A stretch of 64,000 nucleotides of DNA from Camelus ferus (taxonomy: Eukaryota): positions 107,386,001 to 107,450,000 of the forward strand of contig NC_045696.1 of assembly GCF_009834535.1 (NCBI RefSeq), read 5' to 3'. Of the stretch, positions 26,100 to 38,808 are shown in pieces (the stretch's first letter is position 1; each line of letters begins with the position of its first letter). Both the position numbers and the translations under genes were made by a program. The notes under the pieces are model-generated. The model was not told the origin of the DNA, made no database searches, and saw nothing but the letters and a program-made list of their open reading frames with translations.

Positions 26100-27170
26100 A
26101 AGAACTAAAAGGAGTAGAAAGTTAAACAGAGATGGATTTAGGTCATCAGAAATGACTGACTGATGTAGAATTTAGAAAACTATAATATAATTGGGCCCAA
26201 CAGCCTTACTGTAAATTGTATGTATATACTACAATGTCACTATCTCAATATTTTAATCTCTTTTCACAACCAATGTCTAGGGAGAAAGGGGGAAATTTTT
26301 CATTTCAAAGCCTACCTGTTGACACAGTAATTGGTCTCCAGTTTTGTTTTCTCTGTACATGAAAGAAACCCAGTGGCTAAATTTGGAATATTTTTAACAT
26401 CAAAAAGAATAACTATAATTGATTTAGAAAATGTAAGAACCATGAATCCACAAGGGTATTCTGAAAGACAGAGAAAATGACTTCCTCCCATGAGAATGTA
26501 CGTAGGAGAAACTCCTTATTCAGAAAAAATTGTTAATTTAAGGTAAAGAATTAAGCATTTCTTTTTTTTTAAACATTTTTTTATTGAGTTATAGTTATTT
26601 TACAATGTTGTGTCAAATCCCAGTGTAGAGCACAATTTTTCAGTTATACATGAACATACATGTATTCATTGTCACATTTTTCTTCGCTGTGAGCTACCAC
26701 AAGATCTTGGATATATTTCCCTGTGCTAAGGAATTAAACATTTCTGCTGCATTTTTAGGCAGAGCTATGGTTTATCCCTGCTTTTAGAGGGAAAGTTTGC
26801 TTTTTATCTTAACAGAAAAATGCCAGTGAATAAATGTGGAAGAAATAAAAGAATTAGAAAATTACCATTTTACAGTTACTAATGAAATAATTAATTCAGA
26901 TCAGGATCATCAATGGATTTTAACATCATTACATGAAAGATATTCTGGGCAACAATATCACCCCATGAATTGCAAAGGGAAAGATCTGATAAATCCACTG
27001 TCTTATTAATTAAATTGTCAGATTCATTATCACTAACGGTGGAAGAAAAATGACTTTATGTTCCTACTTCAGAGAGAACATGTAAGACATACAATGTCAG
27101 TTATAAATTATCTGTGCAAAAATGTTTAGCCATAAATTAATGAAGCATTTAAGACAATTTTCTGTTCACA
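26100..27170 (+). mobile_element. Old L1MC/ME 3'UTR, sense orientation
   Basis: 'tgccagtgaataaatgtggaagaaataaaagaattagaaaattaccattttacag' motif. Confidence 0.55.
26563..26726 (-). mobile_element. Young, strongly 5'-truncated lineage-specific L1 3' end with TSD
   Basis: Poly-T then 'aacatttttttattgagttatagttattttacaatgttgtgtc...'; TSD taaagaattaagcatttct (26544-26562) / taaggaattaaacatttct (26727-26745). Confidence 0.85.
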
Positions 27171-29911
27171 AGACCTGAGTACTCTTATGTTGGTATGTTC
27201 TACATACTCTATTACTTTTCCTTTTATCTGAAAGACCAGTTATTAGGTATCTTCTCTGTTGTGTCTTTGTCTAACAATACTCTTGCATTCCAAATCTGAA
27301 GTTTACCTGCTATACTGATTGTCTTTGTGTCTTCTTTTGACTCGTGTTTTTGTGTGTGTGTGTTTGTATTTTGGAGTGGAGTGGAATGGTGGTTCCATTT
27401 GCTAAATGCTTACCTTGTTCCAAGTCTCAAGTTGTTGATTTTTACATCTTGATGACATTTTGTTAATTTCTGTGTTTTGTGGTAAGATTTTAATGGAAAT
27501 ATGTTGATATCAAAAATACAAAATAGCAAAGTTTCGTCATAGTTTTTTTTCTTTCTCTAAATTGCAGTGTTTAAAAGATGTACACTTAAAATATACATAT
27601 ATGCTTGTTTAGGCATGTAATACATTTAGAGAGATATAGATACAATTAGTCACTGTGGGTTCACTTGCCTCTGGGATCAAGGGTTGTAGAAGTCTTAACT
27701 TTTCATTATGTATCCTTATTTACCTTTTAATTCCCAATTCCCGACTTTAAGATCTTCTGTTGTGTCAAAACATACACATGGTATGCACATACATCCATTT
27801 AATATATTTCCATCTTAACTGTTGCATTTAGCAGGAGAAATAATTTTCAGTTTGTGGGCTTTATTTTTGTGGACTAATATGAATTCTCATGACATTTCTA
27901 CTGTTTTAGTTAGGCTCATGTATGTTAACTAGAATGCCAGCTCCAGGACAAGGAAATCTTTGCTGTTGTGAACAGTAACAAGAACAAAAAAATAGAGAAA
28001 TGTTTCCGCATACTTAATTGAGTGAAATTATAGAAATGCACTTTATTGGTGAATGGGTTATGTGAGTCAGCTCATGTTTCAGTAGCTCAGCTTAACTACC
28101 ACCTCATAAATCACTGAACATGAGAATACTAATTTATTCCTATATCTCTGGTTCTGCACTTTTATCAGTGAGTTCATTTGTATCTGCTCATCATTTCAAT
28201 GTATTACTTTCTCATTAAATTTTTTCTTCAAGAGCCCTTCTATTTATCAAGTCTTTCTTAGTTTAATTTTACATTTTTCTTAGTGCTGTCAAAGGAGTAA
28301 TCTAGGGATATGTTGGGTCCAGACATTAGCTTTATCCTTTATTTCCTATCCATCTGTATTTGTGAAGATAGTAGGCTGTATTGAGAACCAAATATAGTAT
28401 AATACCTGTTATAGGTATATAAAGCATTTGGAAGAGAAAAAACATGAGCTATGAGGTATATACACATTTTTTAGTAATTTATTTTAAGGAGAAAAAAAAT
28501 CCCATTAAAATATTGAGCCTCTTTGATTTTGTGCTTTTCCTGGCATAGTCTTTGCAGCTGCAATGCAAAATCAAACAATTCACCAAGAGCTAGAAAATTT
28601 ATTCATTATTGAAACTCTTGGTGGTGTCAGTTAACATTTATCCTAACATGTATTGGAATACATGGTTTTCCTTGAAAGTACAAGTTGATTTAAAAGAAAG
28701 AAAGAAAATCTAGAGTTCTAGCTCTTATCTTTAAAGTGAATGTACTTTTATTCTGGTAAATTAGAGTCCTGGTGGAATGAGAGAGCTTTACCAATGTAGT
28801 CTAAAAATCACTTAATTATGAATCAGTGTTTTTCTCTGGCATTGCCACCGAATAAGTCGCTTGGTGACCTTGGCCTCATACATCAAATTCTGCATTTATT
28901 AAATGGGAATACTAGAAGCTTTCTTGGCTACAGGGATGGGAAAATCAAGAGGGTAATATGAAATTATATGCTTTTTACCACAGACTTTGCTACTATGTTG
29001 AATGAGTTTATAAAACTGAAATGATTAGTGAATAATTTGACACTAAATTGTTGCTGACACTTACATGTTGGAATCATTGAAATTTTCCTGAAGATTATGT
29101 AATATGTCTTGGTTATTTGTGTGCTACTAGTAATGCCATGATTTCATTACTTGAATGTAAATACATTATATGGAATAATCAAATGCATGTATTGTTCCTT
29201 AACAGGTAGAGTGATTTTTGAAGTGAATGTTATAATCTGTAAATGTGATTTTTGTTGCTGTTGTTAACAGTTAATAAGAGGCCAAATAATTTTTTGTAGT
29301 AATATAGAGCTGAAGTTGTGAGAAGAGTCAACTTGTCAATTCAGGCATTTTTTAACATAAATTTTTAAGAGAGATTACTTTTCTGTACTACCAAAACTTT
29401 GTAATGGGAGTCGTAAAAAATATAGTAAATACAAGTAAGTAAAAATTTAAAAAAAGTTATACTCTCATCACCCAGTAGGTAACCACTGTTATAATACTTT
29501 GATGTTTATTCTTCCAGTCTTTTCAATGTTACAGGCTTACACACAAGCACAAGAGTTAATTCTAAACATACACTTGTTACTTTTTTCAATTAAAAATTAC
29601 TTTTTGAAACAGCTGTTATTGAATTTTTTTTTATTTGTTTGTTTTTGAATTCTTTTTAGCATTCTAGTCCTTTGTTCAAATAGATTTTAGGGAGAAATGC
29701 AGTTAAAAAAAATAAACAGATAAAAGTGGAGCTGCTTTGGTTGACGATGAGTTGGAAATACAAAACCTGTGTTTACTGCTTTCTTCACCAGCCTGAACAC
29801 TCTGCCTTGGAGATACCTCTGAAGAATTCTAGGGCTTCCAGTAGGAAGTGTAATTGAAAATTGATGCTCTCTAACATTTTTAATGGCTGCAGAGTATTCC
29901 TTTATATGACA

Positions 29912-30350
29912 TCTCTGACAGCCCAGTAGGTGTTCTGTGTAGATCTCCCTTGAAAGAAACCTGCTTTGAAGAGTGTTGTTAGCTCATAGCCTCCAGTTAT
30001 AGAGCCATTGGGATTTGCTGCAGCATTGAGGCATGGCCACATTCTCCCTGGGCAGCTTCCTGCTAGTAACTGAGCATAGCAAGATACTAGGGCCTAGCCA
30101 GTTTTTCCCAACATGGGACTTCTTTAAGGCTATCTTTGCACCTGAACTCCCTGTTGGACTCTCAGACCACAGCTGCACTGGTCTGAGGCTCACACAGTTG
30201 TCAGACCTGCACTGTAGCCTGAAGGCATTCTCTGCTTATTCAGCTCCTGCTCCTTCTCCCCTTCATTCTTCATAGGCATTTCTCACAATGAATTTCTTAA
30301 ACTTCTAATGCCATCTTGAGACTGATTCCCAAAGAACCTGATCTGACACA
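29912..30350 (+). mobile_element. LTR16-family solo LTR (ERVL)
   Basis: GC-richer island ending 'caatgaatttctt...ccatcttgagactgattcccaaagaacctgatctgacaca', as in the recalled LTR16 3' end. Confidence 0.75.
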
Positions 30351-31053
30351 CATCCAAGTGTGTATGTTTACTAAATATTTTTTAGAGTTATAGATATAAT
30401 ACATGTCCATGGTTTTAAAACAGCAGGGACATGAACAAAATGAAGCATGAAAATATCTACACCTTCTCCAAAACCCATAGAAAACCATCTTCATATATTA
30501 ATTTTATACCAGTGTCATGTTCTCACTTGTCATTATTTCTTGATTTATCAACTTTAGGTAGTATCTATAATCTTACTATTTTGAAAGATCAGGGAATTAG
30601 TGTACCTAACGTTGCTTTTATTTTTTCCTCCTTCATCTTTTAATTTTTGTTTTAATTAGTGATGTTATTATTTTTATCTTTGTTTATACTTAATTATATA
30701 TCTATAATTTACTGTGCTTTGACTATAAATTTATCTTAAAAATAGATTTTAAATACAGTATTTGCTATATTATATGAATACAATTTAGTCACGAACCAAG
30801 TGATTTGTTGAAACTATTAAGGGAGGAATTTTGTGTATCTTAGCTTCTGCCAAAGAAAGTCTTCAAGATTCATTCTAGATGCTCAGCTATCTCTTCTTGT
30901 TCATGTTGTCTTCTTCATTGGTTAAGAACACAAGTCACACTACTTGGGGTTGGATCTCAGCATCAGTAGTTACTGGTAATGTGATCTTTAGCAAGCAACT
31001 TAAGCTCTCTGTGCTTAAGATTTCTGATCTGCAAAATGAATATAACAGTTTTT

Positions 31054-32020
31054 GTATTAGTTTTCAACTTGCCATTTCAGCTTACTATGTAGCATCTTAG
31101 AGTTTCCATAGGTCAGAAATTCAGTGGGCTAGGCTGAGTCTTTCACAAGGCCAAAATCTTTGACAGGGCTAGTTCCTTTCTGGAGGCTTTGGAGAGAAAC
31201 CATTTCCTTGATCGTGCAGATTGTTGGCAGAATTCACTTCCAAGTGATTGTAGGACTGAGGTTCCTTGGTGGCTGTTGACTTGGGGGTGGGGAATCGTTC
31301 TCAGCTTTTACAGGCTTCTCACATTCTTTGGTTTAGGTCCCCTTCATAACAGAACCAGCAATGGAAGGTCGAGTTCTTCTCAAGCTAAAAATCCCTCCTG
31401 CCTCTTCTGCTAATCCTTGATCTTCTTGCCTTCCTCTTTCACTTTTAAGGGCCTATGTCATTACATTTGGGCCTACCTATATTATCTATGATAATCTCCC
31501 TGTTTTAAAGTTCCTAACTCTTTTGCCATGTAGTGAGACATGCAGGAGTAACTGCAGGGAGTGTAGATCATGGAGGGGGGGCCAAAATTTTGCCTACTGT
31601 ATCCTCCCTCTGGCCTCTGTGATCCATATCTGTCTCACATATAAAACTCATTAACCCCATCCCAAAGTCCCCAAAGATACTCTCCTTCTTAGAGTATGAG
31701 TTCAAAGTCTCATCTAAGTCTTACCACCTCAGAAATCCCATATTTCATATCTAAATTTTCTAAATCAAGTATGGGTGAAGCTGTCTGGACCTGTGAAACT
31801 AAAGAAATAGTTATCTATTCTAAAAATACAATGGTAGGACAGCTTTAGGATGACAGTTACTAGACATTTCAGTTCAAAAGAAAGAAAATAGGAAGAAAAA
31901 AGCAGTCACAAGTCCTAAGCAACTTAAAAAACCACCTGGGGAAACACCACTAGATTTTAAGGCCTGGGAACAATCCTTGGTGGTTGGGACCTTTACCCTC
32001 TTGGCTTGCATCTCTGCCTT
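31054..32020 (-). mobile_element. MLT1(D/E-like) LTR plus adjacent MLT1 internal sequence
   Basis: LTR 'tgtattagttt...gttggcagaattcacttc...gtaggactgagg' to about 31600, then MaLR internal motifs 'tcaagtatgggtgaag...aaaatacaatggtaggacag'. Confidence 0.8.
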
Positions 32021-32587
32021 CTCTTTGGTTGTTTTTGTTGCTTGATTTTTTTCATCTTTTGTTTTTCCTTAGATTTGGTAATTCTTGGTTGTCTATCCAT
32101 ACTCATGAAAGAAAGATTAAGTTGGTCAGTGGTATTCTGTGCTGTAGGTTTATTTCATTCATAGGTTCCTTCCCTCGACTGTGACATCTTTATTTACTCT
32201 AAGGCATGAATTTTCAAAGGGATAACAATGGGTATGGGGGAAAAAAAGTTGCCCTTTTTATGTATAAACCACAGATATACATATAGTATACAAACAGGTA
32301 TGCAGTATATCTGTGCTACTGAAATCTCATGGATGGGGTGATTAGGAGGAAAATGTTTTAAAAACTCCTTAGCGGGGTTGATAATGGAAAGAAAGGTGGG
32401 AAAGTGCTTTAAGGTGTATGGTTGAGGAGGAGGCAAGCTGTTATGTACTCACAGTTGGCAAAGTAATCATCGCTTATGTGGGGAGTGGAATGCTTTAGTG
32501 TCTCAGGTGCTGCTCTGCTCTTTTTTCAGGCCTCAACACCCACCCACCCTAGGAGCCCTCCGTAGACCTGGACACTTTATTTAGAGT

Positions 32588-32840
32588 AGTAGCTTTCTAA
32601 TTTTAAAAACTGTGATCCATAGTATAAAATGTTTTACATTGAAACTTAGTACACACACACACACACATGCACTCACGCACGCACACACACACACACTTGT
32701 AAATATATAACTGAGCAAAAGTTCCATGAAACAGTACATGCCCTCACTTTGTATTTTCTGTTCTAGTCATTCTAGACTATTAGCAGTTGCTAGTTGTAAC
32801 CCACCGAAATTATTTCAGATCTATAGTTTGAAGAATACCT
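32588..32840. mobile_element. hAT-Charlie MER remnant containing a (CA)n tract (32651-32696)
   Basis: 'actgtgatccatagtataaaatgttttacatt...gttgtaacccacc...tagtttgaagaatac'. Confidence 0.55.
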
Positions 32841-33429
32841 TAGTGCCTGGGCTTAATCCTGAGGCTGACAACCATTGCTCTCAGCTTTTTGTTTAAGCAG
32901 GGAGAGGAGAGGCCCAGTTGACTAAATCATTTGGAATGCAGTTCTTTAATTACTGGTCTATTGATACATGTGCTGGATTGTATCCCACCCCCACCTCCTG
33001 CTCTTTGTATTTTAAGCTTGATCCTTTCTTTGACTTGTTTGGGAAGACCCAAACTGCTGTCTTGGTTGCAGTATCCTTTCCTCACTTTTTCTTAATCTGC
33101 TCTCATTTGTTTTATATTTCTCAAGTGTCACCCAAAATTTCTGATCTGATAATGGAATACTTTTTCTTTCATGTGTTAATGATTTGATTTATTTTCTTAA
33201 GGCATTGTGTGCTTAGTCTGCCATCTTGAATTGAAAATCCTTCAGTTTATTTAACAGTTCTTAGGTGCTATATTTTGGTTTTCCAATTTTTCTAAGTTTA
33301 TAATTGTTAAATCTGCATTCACAGCTGTGGTTATTTTTAAAAAATGTTTATAATATGCTGAGTGCCTGTTTGACATATCTACTTACCTGTAAAATCTTTA
33401 ATTCTCCTTTTCAGTGATGCTGTTTGGTT

Positions 33430-33680
33430 GGATTATGATTAAGAGTTGGTAGTGACTGGTGAAGCTGCCAGAGGTTTTTTAATTCCAGGTTTTTCACTTG
33501 TTAGCTGCATACCTTTGGGCAAATTACCTAATTTCTCTGTACGGGTTTGCTTATTCTAAAGCAGGGGTGGTAAATATCTACTTAATAGGGTTGTTGTGAG
33601 AATTAAATATTATGGCATATAAAAAAAGCTCATAGGACAGTTGTTGGAGTGTAGTAAGCATTTAATAACTGCTGTTTGTC
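33430..33680 (+). mobile_element. MIR
   Basis: 'cacttgttagctgcatacctttgggcaaattacctaatttctctgt...gggttgttgtgagaattaaat'. Confidence 0.8.
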
Positions 33681-34049
33681 TATATCATTATCATAACCAT
33701 GTTCACCCATAGATATATGTCCTTTTGCTTAAAAAGAAAGAAATGGTATATATTTTGTCCTCTTGAACAGTTTTTATTTAGGTTTCATACTTGAACAAGT
33801 TTCTTTCTCTTTTTTTTTGTTTGTTTGTTTTCAGTCTACTTGATTTTTACTTTAAAAATCTAATTCTTGTAAAATTCTGTTTGCTGGAATTATTAAGCTA
33901 GGAATTTGACATAGCTAAGAATGAGTTTATTAAACTAAGGAGAGAAAGGGTGAGAGGTGACTAGAGAAACATCAGTTCATTAGGATGAAAGGAGATTGTA
34001 AACCATATTGACTTACCTGGGCATTGTGGATGGTAGATAAAGATAAGGG

Positions 34050-34235
34050 ATACAGAGTCAGATTGTCTGGGTTAGAATATTGGTTCCACAACTTACTGGC
34101 TGTGTGATTTTGTGTAAGTTACTTAACTTTTCTGTGCCTCAGTTTCATCATCTGTAAAGTGGAGATAGTAAGGAATATTGTGAAGATCCCATGAATTAAC
34201 ACATATAAATTACTTAGAAGAGCTTAGCTGTTAGT
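34050..34235 (+). mobile_element. MIR
   Basis: 'acttactggctgtgtgattttgtgtaagttacttaacttttctgtgcctcagtttcatcatctgtaaagtggag'. Confidence 0.9.
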
Positions 34236-35665
34236 AGTTTTAATATTTTGCTAGGATTTTGAATTGTGTTTGCATTCAGAGTTTGTGTAAAGTGTAAGGA
34301 ATACAGGGTTGAAATAAGGGTGTGGTTTTTATATTGAAAGGAGAAATGTGCTGTGTTTTCTACTGTTTAGAGATGGAGTAGCATTTGGGACAAAGGAATT
34401 ATCTAAATGACTACTTCATTAATACAATAATACTTCAATCATTGTGTTTTCTAGGCTTATTCTTAGGTGTTTTGAACCACACTTAGTCATTGCTATGGTG
34501 ACTTGTTTCTAGGTCTCTCATTTGATAGCCACTAAAACATTTCTCTCTTTCATCTTTGTTATACTTAATTTTTTGAATTTCTGCTTTAGTAGTTAACAGT
34601 AGCCCCTAGTTTTAAAAAATCTTTCATTTGAAGTTGTACAAAATTTGAAGTTAAAATATGTATGAAATAGAATCTTATGTGACATTTATAGGTTCTTTTT
34701 GGAATATGTTCCCTAGAATATTTTTCTTTTCAACTTTTGAGTATTGTCCATGACTTTTCATAATTTCAGTATGTTTGTCTAGTTATCCTATTTGTAGCAA
34801 CTTTTTCCTGATTAAAAACACTTTGGGTAATTTTTTTTAATACATTCTGTTTATTTATATGAATTAGGTGTTTGAGTATAGTTTCAGAAATAGATTTTTT
34901 TCAAGACTGCTAAGTTTCCTTTAATCCTGGACATTCATTACATATCAATTTTGAAGTTATTTTGCAGATAGAAGTTTGCTTTTGAAAGTTTTTTATTGCA
35001 GTATTGCACACTGTTGCACTTTGTTGATTAACTGTGGCTTGCCATGCATGGCTTTATGAGAAGGAATTTTCCCAGTATAGTCTTTGAAGAAGAGATGTCT
35101 ATCTCTGATGAGATGCCAAAAGAATTATTTAAAAAAAAACAAACAGTAGAATGTCTTTTATATTTACTATTTGCCTGCACATCTTTTTGTTATCTTTGAA
35201 GTGTGTGTGTGACACACACATGCTTGTGTGCCATATGTGTTTTGAAAACACTTTAGCCTACCATATTTAGGGCCAACTTTTTCATTAGTAAAATTGCGTG
35301 AAAATTTGGCAGTTTTTATTATAGCATATGTTCATTCATTATCCTTGAATGGTCCATCGCTAAATGTAGTCCTGATTATTTTTACTTCTTTTCCTGTATC
35401 AATTTTGTGCATTGCTAAACAGACTGTGCATCTATTCTCTGTGTTCTGTGTTATTAATTATAGGCTTGATTTTGAAATTTATAGAACACAACATTTTAAT
35501 TCAAGAATATCAAATGTCTCTTTTGTTATGAAGTAGTTACCCTATTAAAGGTAGCTGAGTTTTTTCATTTCATTTGGGTGCTACGTTGAGCTTTGGTTGT
35601 TAATTGATAGATGTGGTATCCTCTCTGTGAGAGCTTTTAAAATGCATAACACGTATTTCAGAAAG

Positions 35666-35721
35666 CAGCTGTTGCTATGGCAACTCTCGGGTCACTTGCA
35701 GCTCAGCTTACATGATTGGCT
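35666..35721. promoter_or_regulatory. Candidate RFX X-box + E-box + inverted CCAAT module
   Basis: GTTGCTATGGCAAC (35671-35684), overlapping CAGCTG (35666-35671), TGATTGGCT (35713-35721), in sequence with no repeat I recognise. Confidence 0.55.
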
Positions 35722-37014
35722 GTTAATGGAGTCTAATATGCTTGAGAAGAGAATTGAGCAAATGAAAGAGGGTTTTGAAGGAATCCTCTTTAAACCTCTT
35801 GAAGTTTAACAGAACAGCACACAAAAATTTAATACTTATATTACTGTCTCACAATTTACTGCAAGTAATTTTATGAATAATGAAATTGAGACAGGAAAAT
35901 TTTTTGGAGAAATAATTTTCCTAATCCTTTTGAGTATGTTGGAAGCTTGTGTTGTCACTTTCCCTCATTTTACTATTGTTTAAAGAAACACTCTCACAGC
36001 TATCAGTTACATTCTGTATTCCAGCCTCTGTAGCACCTACTTCAGAGGAGTTAATTAGATTGAGACACAGGGAGGTTGTTAATTGCTAAGAGTCAGTAAG
36101 AATGGTAAAACAAGGAGTAATGTCTAAATTGACTCTGGTTATGTGAGTTAGATTAGAGTGTACTCTCACTTGAATTCTTAAAATAGTCCCATGAACCTGC
36201 CTTTCTTAGGGGTATAGGAATGATGTTAAAAGGGAGGTTGTGGTGTATACTTTGGATTTTGAGGCCTGTAAAGTAAGTAAAATGAAGTCTTATTAAAAAC
36301 TGCCATAATAAAAATTAATAGAGCCATGCAAATTGGCACAGTAACATCTGCCTCGTTAAATGATGGGATTTTCATCGGTATCTACCTTCTACTTCTTTTG
36401 TAACTGTGGTGCTAGAATGAGGGCAATTTTACTAAATAATAATACCAAATGTAATTAAGCTATAATTATGGAATTTAAAATTCAGATAAAAAGTATTAAA
36501 ATAAGTTAAAATCACCTTAAAGATGATTTCACCTTGTAAAACCAACTTCAGGTGATTAATTGAGCAAGTGTAGGGAATAAAGACCAAGACATATAGCTTA
36601 TTTTAAGTATCTGTTGTTTCTACATTTTATTAGGGTTTTAACAAAATTATTGATTATGATGGTAGTGCTGAAATTGATATAGTAAATAAATTGTAGCTAT
36701 TTTGCTATGTATAGTATATTAGATTTTCTAATTTTGCTAGCAAAAATAACTAGTGATAAAAATTAGCACTTAGTAACACCCTAAATTACCTTCAATTTAT
36801 TATTTCCTTTATTAAGGAAATACTTCGGGATATTAAAGAAAAACTTTCTGGAGTAGACCACATAGGGATGTAGGGCACCCCTGTTATTTTTTTAACAAAA
36901 CACTTAAGTTCTATAAATAACTTCAAAACACTAAAATCTGTAATTCTATCATCAGTATGACCTTTGGAGACACTTTTTTAAATTGTTTTGTTTTTAAATG
37001 ATAGTATCCATGTG

Positions 37015-37075
37015 ACCTGGTGACTGTAGGTCCTAGTCTGCCTTGGACTTTTCTGGTGATACTGAATTATGCTGT
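37015..37075 (+). mobile_element. hAT-Blackjack (MER81/MER94-like) fragment
   Basis: 'ggtgactgtaggtcctagtctgccttggacttttctgg' resembles the terminal sequence 'gggtgaccatacgtcccggtttgcc'. Confidence 0.4.
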
Positions 37076-37181
37076 TACCTAATGTAAATATTGAATAGCA
37101 CTCCTATTTTATATTTAATATTAGAAAATATAAAGAAAAGTACAGGAAATCACATATAAATCTATAACTCACAGATAGCCA

Positions 37182-37342
37182 ATTTATTTTTTATTTTATT
37201 TTTTAATTTTTTTAATAGACTTTATTCTTTTAGAGCAGTTTCAGGTTCACAACAGAATTGAACAGAAAATACAGAGTTCACACATAGCCCTACCCACCCA
37301 CATGTATATACTCCCCTACCCTCAACATCCCTCATCAGTGTG
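37182..37342 (-). mobile_element. Short L1MC-like 3' end with TSD
   Basis: 'atagactttattcttttagagcagtttcaggttcacaacag'; TSD acagatagcca at 37171-37181 and 37343-37353. Confidence 0.85.
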
Positions 37343-37744
37343 ACAGATAGCCACTTTTAACATTTTAGTGCATTTCCTTTTCAGTCATTTTCTGTGTACA
37401 TGACTGTATATAAAATATGTATAGTAGAGCTCATCCTTTATATATTTCCTTCTACAAAATATCACAGACATTTCATGTTTAATATTTCACAATCATTGTT
37501 TTAATAGTATGTAAAATATTTCACAAGTAACTGCTCTCCATTTATAGGGCATTGTTTTCATTTTCATTTTTATTTTTTTTCTATTATAAATAGTTCAGGA
37601 CAGCTGAACACCTTTACATGTAAAACTATTTACATTTACTTTTATTTAGTTCAAATTCAGAGAATAAGAATTACTAAATTAAAGATTATTGATATTTTAA
37701 AGGTCTCAATATAGGTTAGTTGCTTTCTAGAAGAATTTTTAATT

Positions 37745-38420
37745 TTTTTGATTTTGAAATTATTTTAAATTTACTTGTTGGACCCCAAGTGCAGAGGGTT
37801 AAATTAATCATATCCTCAATTCATGGCATGTGGTAATTATTGCCTCATTCAAGGTCTTGCTTTCATTTTATTTAGTTACTTCCTTTTTTCTGCATTATTC
37901 ACTCTTTTTTTCTCTCCCCTTGTAGGCATTTACTTAACATGATTGTTGTATATACACGTATTCATATGCATTCTTGTAAAACGTATTACTGTCTCATGTG
38001 GATTTTTCCAAGTCAAACAATATGTAGAATTGGCATCTTTTGTTTTTCTACTCAGCATTGTTTTAAAGGTCTTTGCATGTTGCTTTATGCCTGTCTTGTC
38101 CATTGAATCTAATGGCTTCTATAGTATTCCATAGTGTTCATATACCATGTTTCACTTAACCATTACCCTAGTGTAGTGATGGATGTTGTAATTCCTTCAG
38201 TTCTCTGCTAGCACCAACGATACTGACAAAGAACATCCTCATACATGTCCCCTTATGGATACATATTTAAGACTTGGATTCCTGGGTTATGTGTGCATAT
38301 ACTCAGTTTCACCAAACACTGCCAGATTACTCTTCTGAATAATTGCACCAGTCTGTACTCCCACCAGAAGTACCTGAGGATTCCTGTTTTTCCACTACAG
38401 ATAAATGTCTGGTGTGGTCA
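37745..38420 (-). mobile_element. Old L1ME-like 3' fragment
   Basis: 'actgccagattactctt...ttgcaccagtctgtactcccaccag'. Confidence 0.65.
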
Positions 38421-38564
38421 GTCCTACCAAAATTAGTAGGAAAGATAACCAGATTTTTTTCCACCTAGCTTACTACTTCCCTGGTTCCAGGAGTGTGATT
38501 GTTTTCCATGCACTGCACTTCAGTCTTTCCAGAGTTGCATTTTTGCAATTTTTTTTGCCAAATA

Positions 38565-38808
38565 GGATAGTGAAGTGGTTAAGAGTGTACATTCTGGACC
38601 CAGTCAGGTTGAGCTGAATCCTGGCTCTTTCGGTTGGTGATTGTGACCCTGGGCTTATTTAACCACTGGATGCTTCAATTTTGTGTAAAATGAAAAATTA
38701 AGAGAAATCTCCTGCGCTTGTTCTGAGGATTCAATTTGTGAATATGTGTATGGTGTCAGAATAGTGACTGGTACAGAATTGATGCTACATAAATGGGTTA
38801 CTGTTACC
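38565..38808 (+). mobile_element. MIR
   Basis: 'gtggttaagagtgtacattctgga...tgaatcctggctct...tgtgaccctgggc'. Confidence 0.8.
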
